Shown: positions 49,404-62,736 of the stretch, piece after piece
Position numbering within the stretch: position 1 is the stretch's first letter
Layout of the letters: each line of letters starts with the position of its first letter
Origin: Octopus vulgaris
Lineage: Eukaryota
Direction of reading: 5' to 3'
Assembly (NCBI GenBank): GCA_951406725.2
Contig: OX597819.1
Span: 107,942,001-108,006,000 of the forward strand
DNA length: 64,000 nt
Notes under the pieces: generated by a model
Databases searched by the model: none
What the model was told of the DNA's origin: nothing
The model's input: the letters and a program-made list of their open reading frames with translations, nothing else
Position numbers and translations under genes: made by a program

Positions 49404-51926
49404 ATTATGCCAGTCATATGTTTGACACTCCAACTTGATTGACTCTGTGAGTGGCTATGTCCTACTTCACTAGATATTTTCAATGTCTTAGCAACTATCC
49501 TTAATTGTCCAGCTGCTTTCTATGAATTCATATCCTTAACTGTGCTACCAATTGTAAATCTGTTAAGAGCTGGTGCCTCTTTAATGCATTCTTACCATTT
49601 AGCAACCTCTTGTAATATTTCTCTGCATCTTTCCCTTTTTATGTCAGTAAAAGCAAGTGCACCATTATCTTCTTGATTTGTAATAGTAAAACGATACAGG
49701 TGAAAAGTATGACTAAAAGATTATATCACTCGGACCTTTTGAATTCTCAAGCTTGGCTGCAACTTGGAATGTTTCTAGAGCTTGGCGACTAAGAATGTTA
49801 ATCTCTTCAGAAGACATCATGAGGTAAGCCCTGATTCTTAGTGACTGAATTTTATAAAACAGTAGCTCTATCATTTTGCTGGAAACAGTAAAATATCGTT
49901 GTTACTGATACGAAAGGAAAGGATTCTATACCCAAAGCAACGGAGCAATCTTGCTGAATATTGAAGTTTAATGGCATGTACTAAGTGAATGAAATGTTTG
50001 AGATGATAATTTCAGGTTATTTTACGAAATAATTTCTAACTTCGACCGAGAGATAAACCAGAATTTTTTTCTTATTTTATCATATAAAACAATATATTTT
50101 ATTTGAATATTATCTAAAATTAATATTTTTCATTTTTTTTTTATCTAAAAACAAAAAATAAAAAAAAATAAAAATTGATGATCAGTTCTAAAGTAAATTT
50201 GCTACTAATAATCACCAGTGACCTCATTTTTCTGTCGCTTAATCTCCGGTCTTCGCAAAAAAATGGTATTTTGAAAAATTCTCTCGAATCTTAACGGGGA
50301 AAAAAAGGCTTATTTAACGATCTATGTTATTCTACCTCTTAATTAAAAAAAAATTCAAAGTTAACAACAAAACTCGACCGCACAAAAGAAGCCGGCCTAT
50401 GATTACCATAAAAGAACAAGAAACAAAAAAACAGCATCGCTACCACAGGAAAGAAATTATCTGCCTGACAAATTAACAAACAAAGAATTCCCGGACTTCA
50501 TCATCTAATATATCCCTCTTTGAAAGAGAGAAGGATGTTATTTGAAGGAAATATGACGACTGTATCTTGTAAGTCGAACGGTTAAAGCTCCCACCAGGTT
50601 CAGGTGAAAGGTCAGATATTCCTTCTTGAATATCTCATCCGTTGTTGACAGGAATCGTTATTACTTAGTTTAGCCATGTGCTGGCAATGATCGCTTACTT
50701 TTGTCTTCTTTACCGGTCAGCCAGACCGTGTTACACCACCTCTTTGGAATCCAGTCGTTTATGTGTAAATAGTGAATATATTGTTCTTATTGTTGTTTAG
50801 CTATTTTCATCTTTGATCAAACACATTCCAGCCTTGACTTTCTCATATTTTTCCCAGGTATAGACTATCTAGCTATTTTCGGGAAATACACGCTACCATC
50901 TTATTGTAATTGCTAGCCAATGTTCCGTCCCTATTTCTAAGACAATAGGGGTAGATTTGGCTGTTATTTCTTGCACGTAGAAGTTCCCTCGGTACTTAAA
51001 CGATGTGTTATTTAAAAAGAGAAAGAAACTGAGACCAGAAGAAGCAGTGTTGATGTAAGATATCTTTTGTCTGATTTATTTAGCATATATAGTTGTTGTG
51101 TTAGTAGTTTACAGATGTATTTTATTGTTATCTATGTTTCGGTAATGCGTTTTGTGAAGACTGACATTTTAAATGTTATATGAGTTTACTTAAACAGTAT
51201 CAAGGGATTGCCGTAGATGGTAATTGAGAAATGTAAACACTCTTGAAACTATACTACAATACTGGAAGATCGGAGGTCTAGTTCGAATGCTTATAACTCC
51301 GCTAAAACACTCAAGAACTACTAACAATATGTTCTCAAATTTGTGCTCCCTCAATATAGTGGACTGATTCGTAAGACTTGATTCATTGGTGTGAGGTACA
51401 TCTATCTAAATGGATGTGTACAGCTCTTGTGAAATATATATGAATTATTCACCCACCAACTTATCAACAAATACTGTGTGGCCTATAATAAAGTCGGCTC
51501 GATTCTTGAATGATGTCTGATGGCCAGGGATTGACTATGATAAAAAGAAAATCTGCCCCTGGGGAAAGAGTTACTGTATTAGTTTCTTTGCTCCGTGCTA
51601 CTGATGTTGCCCAAGGAAAAGGCAAGGATCGATTTAGTTTGCATCAGTAGAGTTGCAAACGAACTTAGAACGTAAATAACTAATCTAAATAGCTGTCTCT
51701 ACGGGCACAAATCAGAAATTTGGAGGGATTAGTCGATTAAGTCGACAACAGTTCTTGGCTAGTAGTTTATTTTATCGACGAATAAACGATAAAAAGTAAA
51801 GTTAACGGTAGCTGAAAATAAAGAACCAGTACAGATAACGCAAGGCATATTTTGTCCAACTTGCAAATTCCTCGCCCTGAACTGTCACTTTATTTAGGTT
51901 AAAATCTAAGTAGACATCAGAAAAAA

Positions 51927-52116
51927 GGCATTCCTTCGATATAACTCGACAAAATCAAAACATTTCACTGGTATTTCCGTGGAAGAAAATGACAGTTCGA
52001 TTCTGCTTTCTGCTTGGAAATTTGCGGATTTTACATACACACATGAAACAGGTAAAAACAAATATGAAAGGCTTTTTTTCTTCAAGTTTAAATGAGACAT
52101 TGCTGGCATAATTTCG

Positions 52117-52176
<60 letters not shown>

Positions 52177-52243
52177 TCCACAACCCACGGAAATACCCGA
52201 AGAGAATGTTTTTTTATTTTGTCGAGTTATATCGAAAGAATGC
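51927..52243. repeat. Imperfect ~55-bp inverted repeat (MITE-like) enclosing (TA)n
   Basis: GGCATTCCTTCGATATAACTCGACAAAAT..TATTTCCGTGG versus CCACGGAAATA..ATTTTGTCGAGTTATATCGAAAGAATGCC. Confidence 0.7.
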
Positions 52244-53414
52244 CGAAAAAACTGTTAACTCCATGAAGATGTACATATAATCATGTTAAATAAATACGTT
52301 TGTGTCTAGAACTGGTGGGAAAGAGTACTCAATGCATTCCTTGAAGTTTATGCTTATAATCAAACTAATTCGGTAACTGCATGACTTTACAACTTCACTC
52401 ACTTGTAAAGTACATTTATGATCTTTTAAATGCATTTCGTTAACTATATTAATTATAAAAATTAACTAGCAGAAAGCCTCCAATGCCATTTAATGGAAAG
52501 GGCCACAATGCATTTCTGCCAGTTTTGTCTATTTTGTTGCCCATTCTTAATGTCCTATCTGCATTGCATTGTCTTCAGTCAAGTGGGCCTAAGTTTTTTC
52601 CCTCCTTCTGGTCCTTTGACAGTCCGTTCTACTACTTGGCATATTACCCAACCTTCAGATACATTATCTACTTCTCATTTCTTCATCTGTGTACGGCACT
52701 TTCGTTGTCTTGACCCATTTTATTTCCTACAAAATCATACCATTTGATCTCCAAGATTCTTTGTAATGCCTTATTCTAAAAAACTCTATTACCAATAGTT
52801 TGGTTGTTATGTCATGATTCCTTTCATATATTAAAACTCTTCTTGCTAGTGACTTTCACAGTTAAATTTTCGTATGACTCACCACTGTTAGTTTTGCCTT
52901 CTTAAATTATTTAGCATTACAGTATGTTAAAATAAAAATAAGATAATACCATAAATTATTAAGCTTTGGAATCCTTGATGCTTTGTATGACTATCTAGCT
53001 TGGCTTCATCATGCATCTGCGAGATCTGTATCTTTACAATTTTCATACACTTAACACCATTAATTTTTAGTTTCATTTATCTGTGGTAAATAACAGTTCA
53101 ACTTCAAAGCTACTTGTCCACTAACTCTGAAATTCTCACTGCCCATACAAACTTGCTAGTTTGTCTTCACATCTTCCTCAAGATTTGTATTTCCGCAGCT
53201 CTTACACATTTCCTTGTTTTATGAGATGATGTTTTAGAATTTATATTGACTTTGAATTTCAAAGAAAAGCCAATGAATTTGTACTTAATCTTACACATGT
53301 TAAGAACTTTTTTTTTTTGCTGTACCATTAGTTTTTTAAACTGGTTTCCTATTAGATATTATCCTGCTATAGATATTCAGTTTTATATTACTGAAGTTAT
53401 TATAGTTAACTCCA

Positions 53415-53442
53415 TGCTAATGTCAGTTTTCTTATATTTCAG
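53415..53442 (+). promoter_or_regulatory. Putative branch point + 3' splice acceptor for the zinc-finger coding exon
   Basis: TGCTAAT...TTTTCTTATATTTCAG|G, 172 nt upstream of the ATG. Confidence 0.6.
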
Positions 53443-53614
53443 GAATTGTTTGTATCATGAAAACTATTTCTAAATGAAGATGGAATCATTGAACTGTGTT
53501 AACTAAAATATACACTGCAGAATTTATAGAAAATTGAAAACTTATCTTGTCTGTTGAAAGTACAGTCATATTGTAAGTATTTAAAGTTGCATTGTTAGAA
53601 AGCATAACAGTATA

Positions 53615-55171
53615 ATGGAAGACTCTATGGTTGATGCAGAAGAGACAAAATACTACTGTGAGATTTGTAATAAAAAGTTCTCATGCATTTCACATTTTGA
53701 TTTACATAAGCAGCCTCATACTGAAGAGACACTATATCACTGTAATATATGTAGTAAAACATTTATATCTAATACTTATTTAAAGTCACATAAACTTGTT
53801 CATACTGTAGAGAAACCATACAAATGTGATGTTTGTGGTAAAACTTTCAAAAGAAGTCCTAACTTAAAGAAACATAAAATTATTCACACAGGAGAGAAAC
53901 CATTCCACTGTGAGATTTGTGATAAAACTTTCTCTCGAAATGGTGCTTTGAAATACCATCTTTTAGTTCATTCAGGAGAGAGGCCCTTCCGCTGTGAAAT
54001 TTGTGGTAAATGCTTCTCAAGTAAAGGTGTATTAAAACAACATATAGTGCTTCATACAGGGGAAAAATTATACAAATGTGACTTTTGTGACAAAGCCTTC
54101 TCCAGAAGAAATGACTTAACAAAGCATAAGATGATTCACACTGGGCAGAAACCATTTTTTTGTGAAATTTGTGGGAAAATGTTTTTCAGTGATTGTTACT
54201 TGAAGAAGCACAGAATGATTCATACTGGGGAAAGTCCATATCATTGTGACATCTGTGGTAAAATATTTGCTTACAAAAGTATCTTAATGGACCATCAACT
54301 TGTTCATACAACAGAGAAACCATATACATGTGATGTGTGCAGCAAATCTTTTAACAGACGTTCTACTCTAAAAAGGCATATCATGATTCATACAGGGGAG
54401 AAACCATTCCACTGTGAAATTTGTGGTAAAACTTTTCCAATTAACAGTGGATTAAAGCAGCATATGTTGATTCATACTGGAGATAAAATATATGAATGTG
54501 AAGTTTGTGATACATCATTCCCTAGAAAAAGCGATTTAACTAAGCATAAAATGGCTCACACAGGTGTGAAACCTTATTACTGTAACTTTTGTGGTAATAC
54601 TTTCTGGGATAACGCTGATTTAATAAAGCATAAGATGCTCCATACACAAAAGTGTGATATTTGTGATAAAGTATTTGCAAAAAGTCATAATTTAAAGAGG
54701 CATAAAGCCCTTCATACTGGAGAGAAACCTTACATCTGTGAAACTTGTGGTAAATCTTTCTCGTGCAATGATTACTTGAAGAACCATAGAGTGGTTCATA
54801 GTGGAGAGAGACCATTTAGTTGTGACATTTGTGGTAAATCATTTTCATTAAAATCAAACAAAGATAGACATAGAAAGGTCCACACAGGAGAGAAACAATA
54901 CTACTGTGAAGATTGTGATAAAACTTTTTCAGAAAGTTCTACCTTGAAAAAACATAAGTTACTTCATTCAGGAGAGAGGCCCTTTCAGTGTGAGCTTTGT
55001 CCTAAATCCTATTTGTGTATTAAAGACTTAAAGAAACATTATGTAACTCATACAAGTGACAAAACACACAAATGTGAAGTCTGTGGTAAAGCTTTCTGGT
55101 ATAAAGGTGACTTAAATAAGCATTTCATAATTCATACAGGAAAGAAATCTTCTTCAACCACACCATTTTAA
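53615..55171 (+). CDS. Tandem C2H2 zinc-finger protein, 518 aa, 18 fingers, no effector domain in this exon
   Basis: 18 CxxC-x12-HxxxH units with HTGEKP-type linkers in an uninterrupted ORF. Confidence 0.95.
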   Translation: MEDSMVDAEETKYYCEICNKKFSCISHFDLHKQPHTEETLYHCNICSKTFISNTYLKSHKLVHTVEKPYKCDVCGKTFKRSPNLKKHKIIHTGEKPFHCEICDKTFSRNGALKYHLLVHSGERPFRCEICGKCFSSKGVLKQHIVLHTGEKLYKCDFCDKAFSRRNDLTKHKMIHTGQKPFFCEICGKMFFSDCYLKKHRMIHTGESPYHCDICGKIFAYKSILMDHQLVHTTEKPYTCDVCSKSFNRRSTLKRHIMIHTGEKPFHCEICGKTFPINSGLKQHMLIHTGDKIYECEVCDTSFPRKSDLTKHKMAHTGVKPYYCNFCGNTFWDNADLIKHKMLHTQKCDICDKVFAKSHNLKRHKALHTGEKPYICETCGKSFSCNDYLKNHRVVHSGERPFSCDICGKSFSLKSNKDRHRKVHTGEKQYYCEDCDKTFSESSTLKKHKLLHSGERPFQCELCPKSYLCIKDLKKHYVTHTSDKTHKCEVCGKAFWYKGDLNKHFIIHTGKKSSSTTPF

Positions 55172-55264
55172 TTTTTGTCATCCTCATTGACGTGGTTTTC
55201 TTACAGTACATTGACATTTTATCTCGATTCATTGCTATCTGGTCTGTGGGACCCACATTCTGAT

Positions 55265-55475
55265 ATTGGTTTCGAATTTTAGCGCAATGTCAGCGGTGTT
55301 AGGAAGAGGGCAAGCTGATTGCATCAATCCCAGTCCTCAAATGGTATTTATTTTATCAACCCTGAAAGGATGAAAGGCAAAGTCAGCCTCAGTGGAATTT
55401 GAACTCCTAACATAAAAACAGACTGAAAGCCATTAAGTTTTTTGCCCAACATGCTAACAATTCTGCCATTTCACC
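55265..55475 (-). mobile_element. tRNA-derived (CORE-like) SINE; relatives at ~51700-51880 (-), ~59750-59950, ~62130-62340 and ~62870-62990 (+)
   Basis: Minus strand TGGCAGAATTGTTAGCATG (A box), GAGTTCAAATTCC (B box), CTTTGCCTTTCATCCTTTCAGGGTTGATAAAATAAATACCA. Confidence 0.7.
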
Positions 55476-55594
55476 ATCCCACATTCTGATATTACCTCTT
55501 CTTTCTATTCTCCACTGTCAGCGCATGGAATTTTCTCATCCAATATATCCTTTTTAAATAACATCACTGACCCAAACCTGTGTAGTTGTACATT

Positions 55595-55950
55595 GACTTG
55601 ATTTATGCTGCTGTCCTCATCCATATGCATCACATGACAAAACCAGCACAGTCTGCTCTTTTGCGCACTACATCTAATTCCTCTTATGCTTAACTTTTCT
55701 CTCAATATACTTGCACTCTGTCACACATGTACATTGACATTGCACATCTAGTGGAGCATACTAACTTCATTCCTCTCTAGCTTGCTCATGTCCTCTGTAT
55801 TCAAGGCTCATATCTCTCTACCTTATAGTATTGCTGTTCTTATACATGCATCATACAACCTTCCTTTCACTTGGAGGAAAGAACCTTTGGTTGCCAACAG
55901 ACAAAAGTTCTCTCAGCTTTCTCCATCCTGTTCTTATTCTAATGTGTGTG
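55595..55950 (-). mobile_element. Old RTE C-terminal fragment
   Basis: REKLSIRGIRC..RLCWFCHVMHMDEDS resembles REKLELRSIRC..RLRWYGHVVRMDEDS at 21104-21568. Confidence 0.75.
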
Positions 55951-57771
55951 TGTTGTACTATCAGTAGGAGTAATTTTACCAATAAAATTACACGCTAGTT
56001 AAATTTTGCTTCTTTTTTTGTTATTATTAATTAACTAATTAAACAATTATCTAGGCCATTTCTTATTCAATCATCTAATTAGTTTGCTTGAGTTTTTTTC
56101 TTACCATCCACTTCTGGTCTGTTACAGCCACAAACGAGATACATTGTTTTTTCTTCAGTACTTTTGAATTTTGTGTGTTTATGGGTGTTCATTTGGATTT
56201 AAGTGGTATTTGTAATCATTAATTTTGCTGTGGAGACTATTTATGAAAGTGAGGTAGAGTTCTACACTCGATATCAATTAAAACTGGATCTTTTCCTAAA
56301 ACAATGTCAATGACTAGATAGATATGAAATAAAAAAAAACATTTTACCTCACCAGATTTGATCAAGGCAGACTACCTACCATAACCTCAACAGTAAAAAA
56401 AAAAAAAAGAACCCCACTGAACAAGGGTAATATAAACTGACTCAGAGAGTTTGGAACGATTTACAGTACAAACTTTTTCAATTTTCTTTCTGCTCAATCT
56501 CATTGATATTCAAAGTTTTCTTTGCTTTCTGCAAGAGCTTAATTTTCAAGGAATTGGACTGATGCAAGAAGACATGCAGAAAATAACCTCATCTACCATA
56601 AGGCCATGCTCAAAGCAAGAAAAATTTTGAAAGTAACTCTTTTACAATATTTTAAAATCAATAAAAACATTTCATTTTCGTGTATAGGTTGATTCATGAC
56701 AATAAACCCATCCAAACTCCAGAAAACTATAATTGGTCGAGCAAGGTGATCATGCATTGAAAGGTGATAGATTTAGATTCAACTACAAATTACACATGAA
56801 AAATGGAGCTGTCATCATTATCAGTATTGCTGGAGATGTGATCAGCCTCTTTGTGGTTTGTTGGAATAGAAGACTTAGGCAATGTTTAGAAGAGAATCCC
56901 TTAACTATGATTAAACGGATCTTATATATAGACTGTATAAATCTTCTAGTTAAGGCCTCACAAAACAATAGCTATAAACTCAGAAAGCTTCCTGCTTTTA
57001 GTGAGCTCCATTCATCTGAGTTACAATAGACTACCTATCCAAACATACAAATAATTGCTTGCCTGTCCTTGATAATAAACTGGCTTGAAACAATAAATGA
57101 CAAAATACAGCTCTTCCAGTCACATTAATGGAACCCCATTTCCATTAAATATTTAGTTTACAAAAACTCTGTTGTATATAAAAATATATTAAAGGTAAAC
57201 TTATTAAAGATAATGAAAATTATATTCCTCTTTTGCTAAACTTGTAAAATAAATATACACAAGATTCCATTTACTGTATGAAGTTTTCCAAATGATACAA
57301 AAAGGACAGGATCAGGGTGCACAAGTGGGGACAAGAAAATGTTAGAAAATATCTTAAGAGATTATACAAAGACATTTGGAGACACACATGCACACATAAC
57401 AGGTGCACATACATACTCATACACATAGACATACTCAAACATGCACATGCAAGGAAGCAGAGTTACACTCACATACACAAAGGCATGCACACAAACACGA
57501 ATATATAAGATACATGCATATACACATATACCTAAGCACACTCACACAATTTCTCAAAAAAAAAAAAAGCTTCAATAATGGACAGTCAAAGTCAAAATCC
57601 TTCGATATGGTTGCAAATGCAGTAACAAAAAAGCTTTCTGAAATAAATAAATGAGTGGAAAGTGAATATGTTATATTAAGGCACTATGACTCTCCCCAGA
57701 CACAACAAAATCTATTTCAACACATAAATTCACATAAGGAATCTTGCAAACCAGATACAAAAATGAAGTGT

Positions 57772-58090
57772 ATCATCATCATCGATTAATGTTCGTTTTC
57801 CATGCTGGCATGGGTTGGACTGTTTGAGGTTTGGAGTGTCAGCAGCTGGTCGTTCATCTTAACGCCAACCATTCTGAGAGTGTAGTGGGTGCTTTTTACA
57901 TGCCACTGGCACAGGAGCCAGTTAGGCGGGCCTTGCAACAATCAAGTTCAGATGGCACTTAAGTGCCACCAGTACCGGGGTACTTACATCGGTCAGGATT
58001 GGTTGGTGCTTTTTACGTACCACCAGCACCAGAGCCAGTATGGCGGGCCTGGCAACGAACTCGTTAAGATGTTGGTTTTTAAGTGCCACC
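57772..58090 (-). repeat. Decayed RTE-UTR/SINE repeat
   Basis: (CAT)n, CCATGCTGGCATGGGTTGGAC and GTGCCAC modules. Confidence 0.7.
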
Positions 58091-58324
58091 GATCTGGATT
58101 TGTATAAGCAGGCATAAGACAAGGGACTGGGAGATATGGCAATTTGCTGTACTTGATAAGATGCATCAAGCTAAGTTAAATTACTGTCTTTCACACATAC
58201 AGACTTGTCCTTTCAGTTGCCAGTGCCATATAAAAAGCACATGTGCCAGTGCTGCACAAGCACACATGCTGGTGGCTCATAAAAAACACCCAGCACTTGG
58301 AAGGGCATCCAGCCAGAGAACCCA

Positions 58325-59187
58325 CAACAACTGACAGTTTGTGTCTGGACAGCTACAACTCTTTCCTGCAATCAGACCTAGACACAATGCAGCAATGGAT
58401 CACAGACTGGCAACTGAAATTGGCTGTGGACAAGTGTACCACCATGCATTTTGGGAGAAAAAACCCTGCGTTCACATACTCCCTCCACAACACTGATATC
58501 AAGAAATCCTCTTGTGAGCGTGACCTAGGCATCACTGTCAGCAGTGATTTGCGTTGGTCAAAGCATATCTCTAAGATTGTCAGGAAGGCCGAGGGTGTCT
58601 TGGCATCACTCAGCAGGTCTTTTGTTAGCCGCTCTCCAGCCATCTATTTAAAACTGTATACAGCTATGGTACGACCACACTTGGAATTCGCATCATCAGT
58701 TTGGAACCCCTATCTTGCACAGAACATTGACCTCCTGGAATCTGTCCAGAGACGTGCAACCAAACGCATACCCTCCATCAGACACCTACCATATTCTGAG
58801 CGCCTTGTTTCCCTGGGCATGGATTCACTGAAGCTCTGGCGTTTGGCGACGGACTTGGTAAACACCCACAAAGTTATCAACCACCTCACCAACAACAACA
58901 CTGAACACCTTTTTGATCTCCATGTGTCTAACACACGTGGACATGCCTACAAAGTCAGAAAACAATACAGCTCCCATGACTTTCGGAAACATTTTTTCAC
59001 GCTCAGAGTTGCTGAAGCATGGAATAAACTGCCTGCGTCAGTTGTTGACTGCCATGACACTGCATCTTTTAAGGCCCTCATGCTTTCCGAAATCCGCCGA
59101 AACTACACCTGATTATATATACACTTTAGATGAGTTGTAGTGCACCTGAGCACTGTACACAATTATTATTATTATTATTATTATTAT
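58325..59187 (+). mobile_element. 5'-truncated CR1/L2-group LINE 3' end with (ATT)n tail
   Basis: LQSDLD, KCTTMHFG, ERDLGI, VRPHLEFASSVWNP, LESVQRRATK, TRGH and FFTLRV..WNKLP. (ATT)n at 59161-59187. It interrupts an RTE-tail repeat. Confidence 0.9.
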
Positions 59188-59282
59188 AGCCAACTCCGTG
59201 TCAAACTATCCAACCCATGCCAGCATGGAAAGTGGATGTTAAACAATGATGATATATATATATATATATATCATCATATATA

Positions 59283-59665
59283 GGAGTGGCTGTGTGGTAA
59301 GTAGCTTGCTTACCAACCACATGGTTCCAGGTTCAGTCCCACTGCGTGGCACCTTGGGCAAGTGTCTTCTACTATAGCCTCAGGCCGACCAAAGCCTTGT
59401 GAGTGGATTTGGTAGACGAAATCTGAAAGAAGCCCATTGTATATATGTATATATATATATGTAAATGTATGTGTGTATATGTTTGCATGTCTGTGTTTGT
59501 CCCCCAGCATCGCTTGTCAACCAATGCTGGTGTGTTTACATCCCCGTAACTTAGCGGTTCAGCAAAAGGGACCGATAGAATAAGTCCTGGGGTCGATTTG
59601 CTTGACTAAAGGTGGTGCTCCAGCATGGCCGCAGTCAAATGACTGAAACAAGTAAAAGAAAAAAG
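59283..59665 (+). mobile_element. tRNA-derived SINE, well preserved
   Basis: A box TGGCTGTGTGG, B box GGTTCAGTCCC, internal (TA/TG)n, and 3' end CAGCATGGCCGCAGTCAAATGACTGAAACAAGTAAAAGA. Confidence 0.85.
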
Positions 59666-59667
59666 AG

Positions 59668-59699
<32 letters not shown>

Positions 59700-60469
59700 C
59701 ACACACACACCTGTGTGTGTAAGTACTATGTTTATTTATATATACTTAGTAAACTGGAAGAATAGCTAGACCATTGAACAAATGCCTTGTAGTATTTATT
59801 CATGCCCTTTAAGTTCTGATTTCAAATCCTGATAAGATTACCTCTGCCATTCATCCTTCCAGAGTAGGCAATTAAAGCACCAGTCAAGTACTGGAGGCGA
59901 TATAATCAGCTATTCTCCACTCACATGTTTTTGGCCTTATGCTTATGTTATAGGCAATTCTCATATTCTTGTATGCATAAGTGCAGAAGGTAATACAGAA
60001 GAACTGGCAAAGATATCACCACCACCTGATTCTAGACATGTTCCCTACCACTACTGTATATAGTAGTCCAAGTCATGCCACTATGGAACATGGATGTTAA
60101 ATGATGACAATACATATGTATATGGGAGTAGTGAAAGTAAATATATGTGAATAGATTTATGCGAAATCTCTTCAGAAAGAAAGCACTAAACCACAGCAAC
60201 CATGACATACCAAACATTGCCACAAAGGAACAAACATACACACTCATGCATTCTTCTCAGCAGAAGTTGCTATTGATGATGAATAATAAAAATGAAATAT
60301 GTAAAACAAAATGATAACATTTGGGCATGGTTGAACAGCAGGTGTAATTTTTTTTTTAAAGCTTCCAAGGGAAGTAACTCATTCCCTCCTTCGTAAATTA
60401 ATTGGTGAAAATGAAATTGAGTATGCTTATTTCTTAGTATTTGAACTATTTTAATTGTTTTCTCAATTT

Positions 60470-61909
60470 ATCCAGTACAACGCTTAAACAAGTAAATATA
60501 AACTTCACACGCACACTGCTTATGTGTCTGAGGAGGTTCTAAGTATAAATTGATTTCGAAAAAATGTTCGGGTAAACGGCAGAGGAATAACATTTGCAGC
60601 TGACAGGCTAAGACTTCAACGGCCCTCAAGTTTTGGTCATTAAAGGCTTTCACTTATGATCCCAGCTGTGACTACAGCAGCAGATTGGACATTACAGTTG
60701 GCACAATGAGTAGGATCTGCAACTTTTGTTAGGCCAAAAAGTGACCCGAGGAAACCCCAGGCATGTGCTGCTCAAATGGTAAGATTAAAATACCTCCATT
60801 AGAAAATCCCCCCAGTCTTTTGGTTGACCTTTACCTTTTGACTGGGGCTTCGCCTTTCTCTACTGAATTTCTTAAGCACTTTCGCACCTACAACTGCGCC
60901 TTCCAAATGACTTCATTCAGGGCTAACATCATTACAGGACAATTCATGCCATCCTTTAAAGTTCGGGGGCAAATATATCACATGCTTGGTTCTCTTCAGC
61001 CAATCGATATTTCCTTGCCTCAATTTCTACAACTTTACTACTTTGGTGACTATGCAAACCAGGCTACCAGATAGCAGTTCTTCTTACCTGGTACCGTCCT
61101 AGCCTTAATATGTCAGCTCCAGGCGTTGATTCATGAAACAAACAGCTCTGTTCGCAGTTTTAAGTCAGTAGACACCATTCCCAATTAGGATGAGGTAGTT
61201 GATTATCCCACTGAATTTCTTGGAGCCTTCAGATGTACCTCCACGTATTCTTACTCTTCAAATAGGTAGCCCTCTTATGATAATAAAGAATTTAAATTCA
61301 CTGACATTGTGCAACAGTACATGCTTTGTTATCACAAAATTACTTCACAATGTCATTGAAGCAACGATTATGACCGTCTGTGGTAAAGGTCAAGACGTCT
61401 TCATACCACGAATTCTCCTTGTGCCTTCAGCTGCTGACTTACCGTTCACATTCCGCAGAGTTCAGTTTCTGATTAGATTCAGTTACGTCAAGTCCATTAA
61501 TAAGTCCCAGGGGCAGTCGTTGTCTGTCGTTGGACTTTACTTAGCCGAACCATGCATTTCATACGGTCAACTGTACATTGGCTGCTCAAGAGTGGGTTGT
61601 AGGAACAGTTTACATGCCTTCATTCACCAGGGGAAAACTAAAAATGTTGTTTATAAGGAAGTTTTGTAGACTTACCGTACTGGTGCCATATTTCAGTCCT
61701 ACATTATTGCTGTTATAATTTTCGTTGCTTTATTTGTTCACTTGATTGTTGTTGTAATATTACACGTGCGGTTCCCTTAAAGAGTTACTTAGGTGTTCAC
61801 CTTGCCATAAAGCGTGAAAGGTGCTTAAAGGAGTGGGTGTTAATCACTTTATTAGTTATTAAGCCTTTTCGAACTAATGCACTCGGGCAACGCCGGGTAC
61901 TCCTGCTAC
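60470..61909 (+). mobile_element. Internally deleted Helitron (RepHel N-terminal region fused to PIF1 helicase C-terminus)
   Basis: MCCSNGK, YNCAFQMTSF, FKVRGQIYH and PQFLQLY, then YPTEFL, IPRI, INKSQGQSL and GQLYIGCSRV. 3' hairpin ACTCGG-GCAACG-CCGGGT followed by CTAC|T (CTAG variant). The 5' limit is approximate. Confidence 0.85.
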
Positions 61910-62538
61910 TTTAGATTAAATGCTATGGTAAGCATTCAGAATCTGGAGGAGGACATTATGCAACTGTTGGCTACAGGTATCAACTGCCTACTGAACATTT
62001 CGTATGCTCAGTCAGATGCTTCCTGGCGAGTTCGTGTCCAAACGAGTAGGAGCAGGTTTTGCATTGCGAAAACGCAACCAGGGACATATATGGGTTAACT
62101 ACTACTGCATCAAATATTTTATAGTATTAAGAGGCAAGCTGGCAGAATTAACAACACTGGGGAAAATGGCTATCAACATTCTTACTGATGTTTTTATGTT
62201 CTGAGTTTAAATGCTGTTGAGGTCAGCTTTGCTTTTCATTCTTTTAGGGTTGATAAAATAAGTACCAGTTGATCACTGGGGTTAATGTAATTGACTTCCC
62301 CCTCCCCTCAAAATATCTCTCTTTTGCCAGAATTTAGAAGAATTGCATAAAGTATAAAGAATTACAGCAAGTGCATGAAAATGTGTGTATATATATGTTA
62401 ATTTATGTTAATTTGAACTAAGAATCAGAATAATAGTTGTAACACTGGAAATTTTCAGTGAACACAGTGCTGGTGACTTTTTTCTCTTTGACATTGCTAT
62501 TTTATCTGTTATACCTTGTATTCTTCTTGACACAACTA

Positions 62539-62736
62539 CAGTAGCACTTCGACTATCACGGGTGTTACATTCCAAAACCCACCGCAATAGGTGAAAATCC
62601 ACAAAGTAGAAACAGTACTGTACTGTATATTTTTTTAGCATTAAAATTTGTATATTTTATTATAAATGTAAAACAACACCACGGAGGAATCGACATAAGC
62701 TTAAATGATAAGCTGCAATATGGCAAGGGATTACTG
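62539..62736. mobile_element. Tc1/mariner (Tigger/pogo-like) MITE
   Basis: TA|CAGTA...GGGATTACTG|TA, giving imperfect TIRs with a TA target duplication. Confidence 0.65.

Noticed and set aside
48700-53400. Additional host exons or promoter for the zinc-finger gene
   Set aside because: Likely present, but no exon or promoter can be delimited from sequence alone. The short ORFs here have no recognisable motifs.
59283-59355. tRNA gene
   Set aside because: A/B boxes are present, but the sequence continues into a SINE body and there is no intact cloverleaf.
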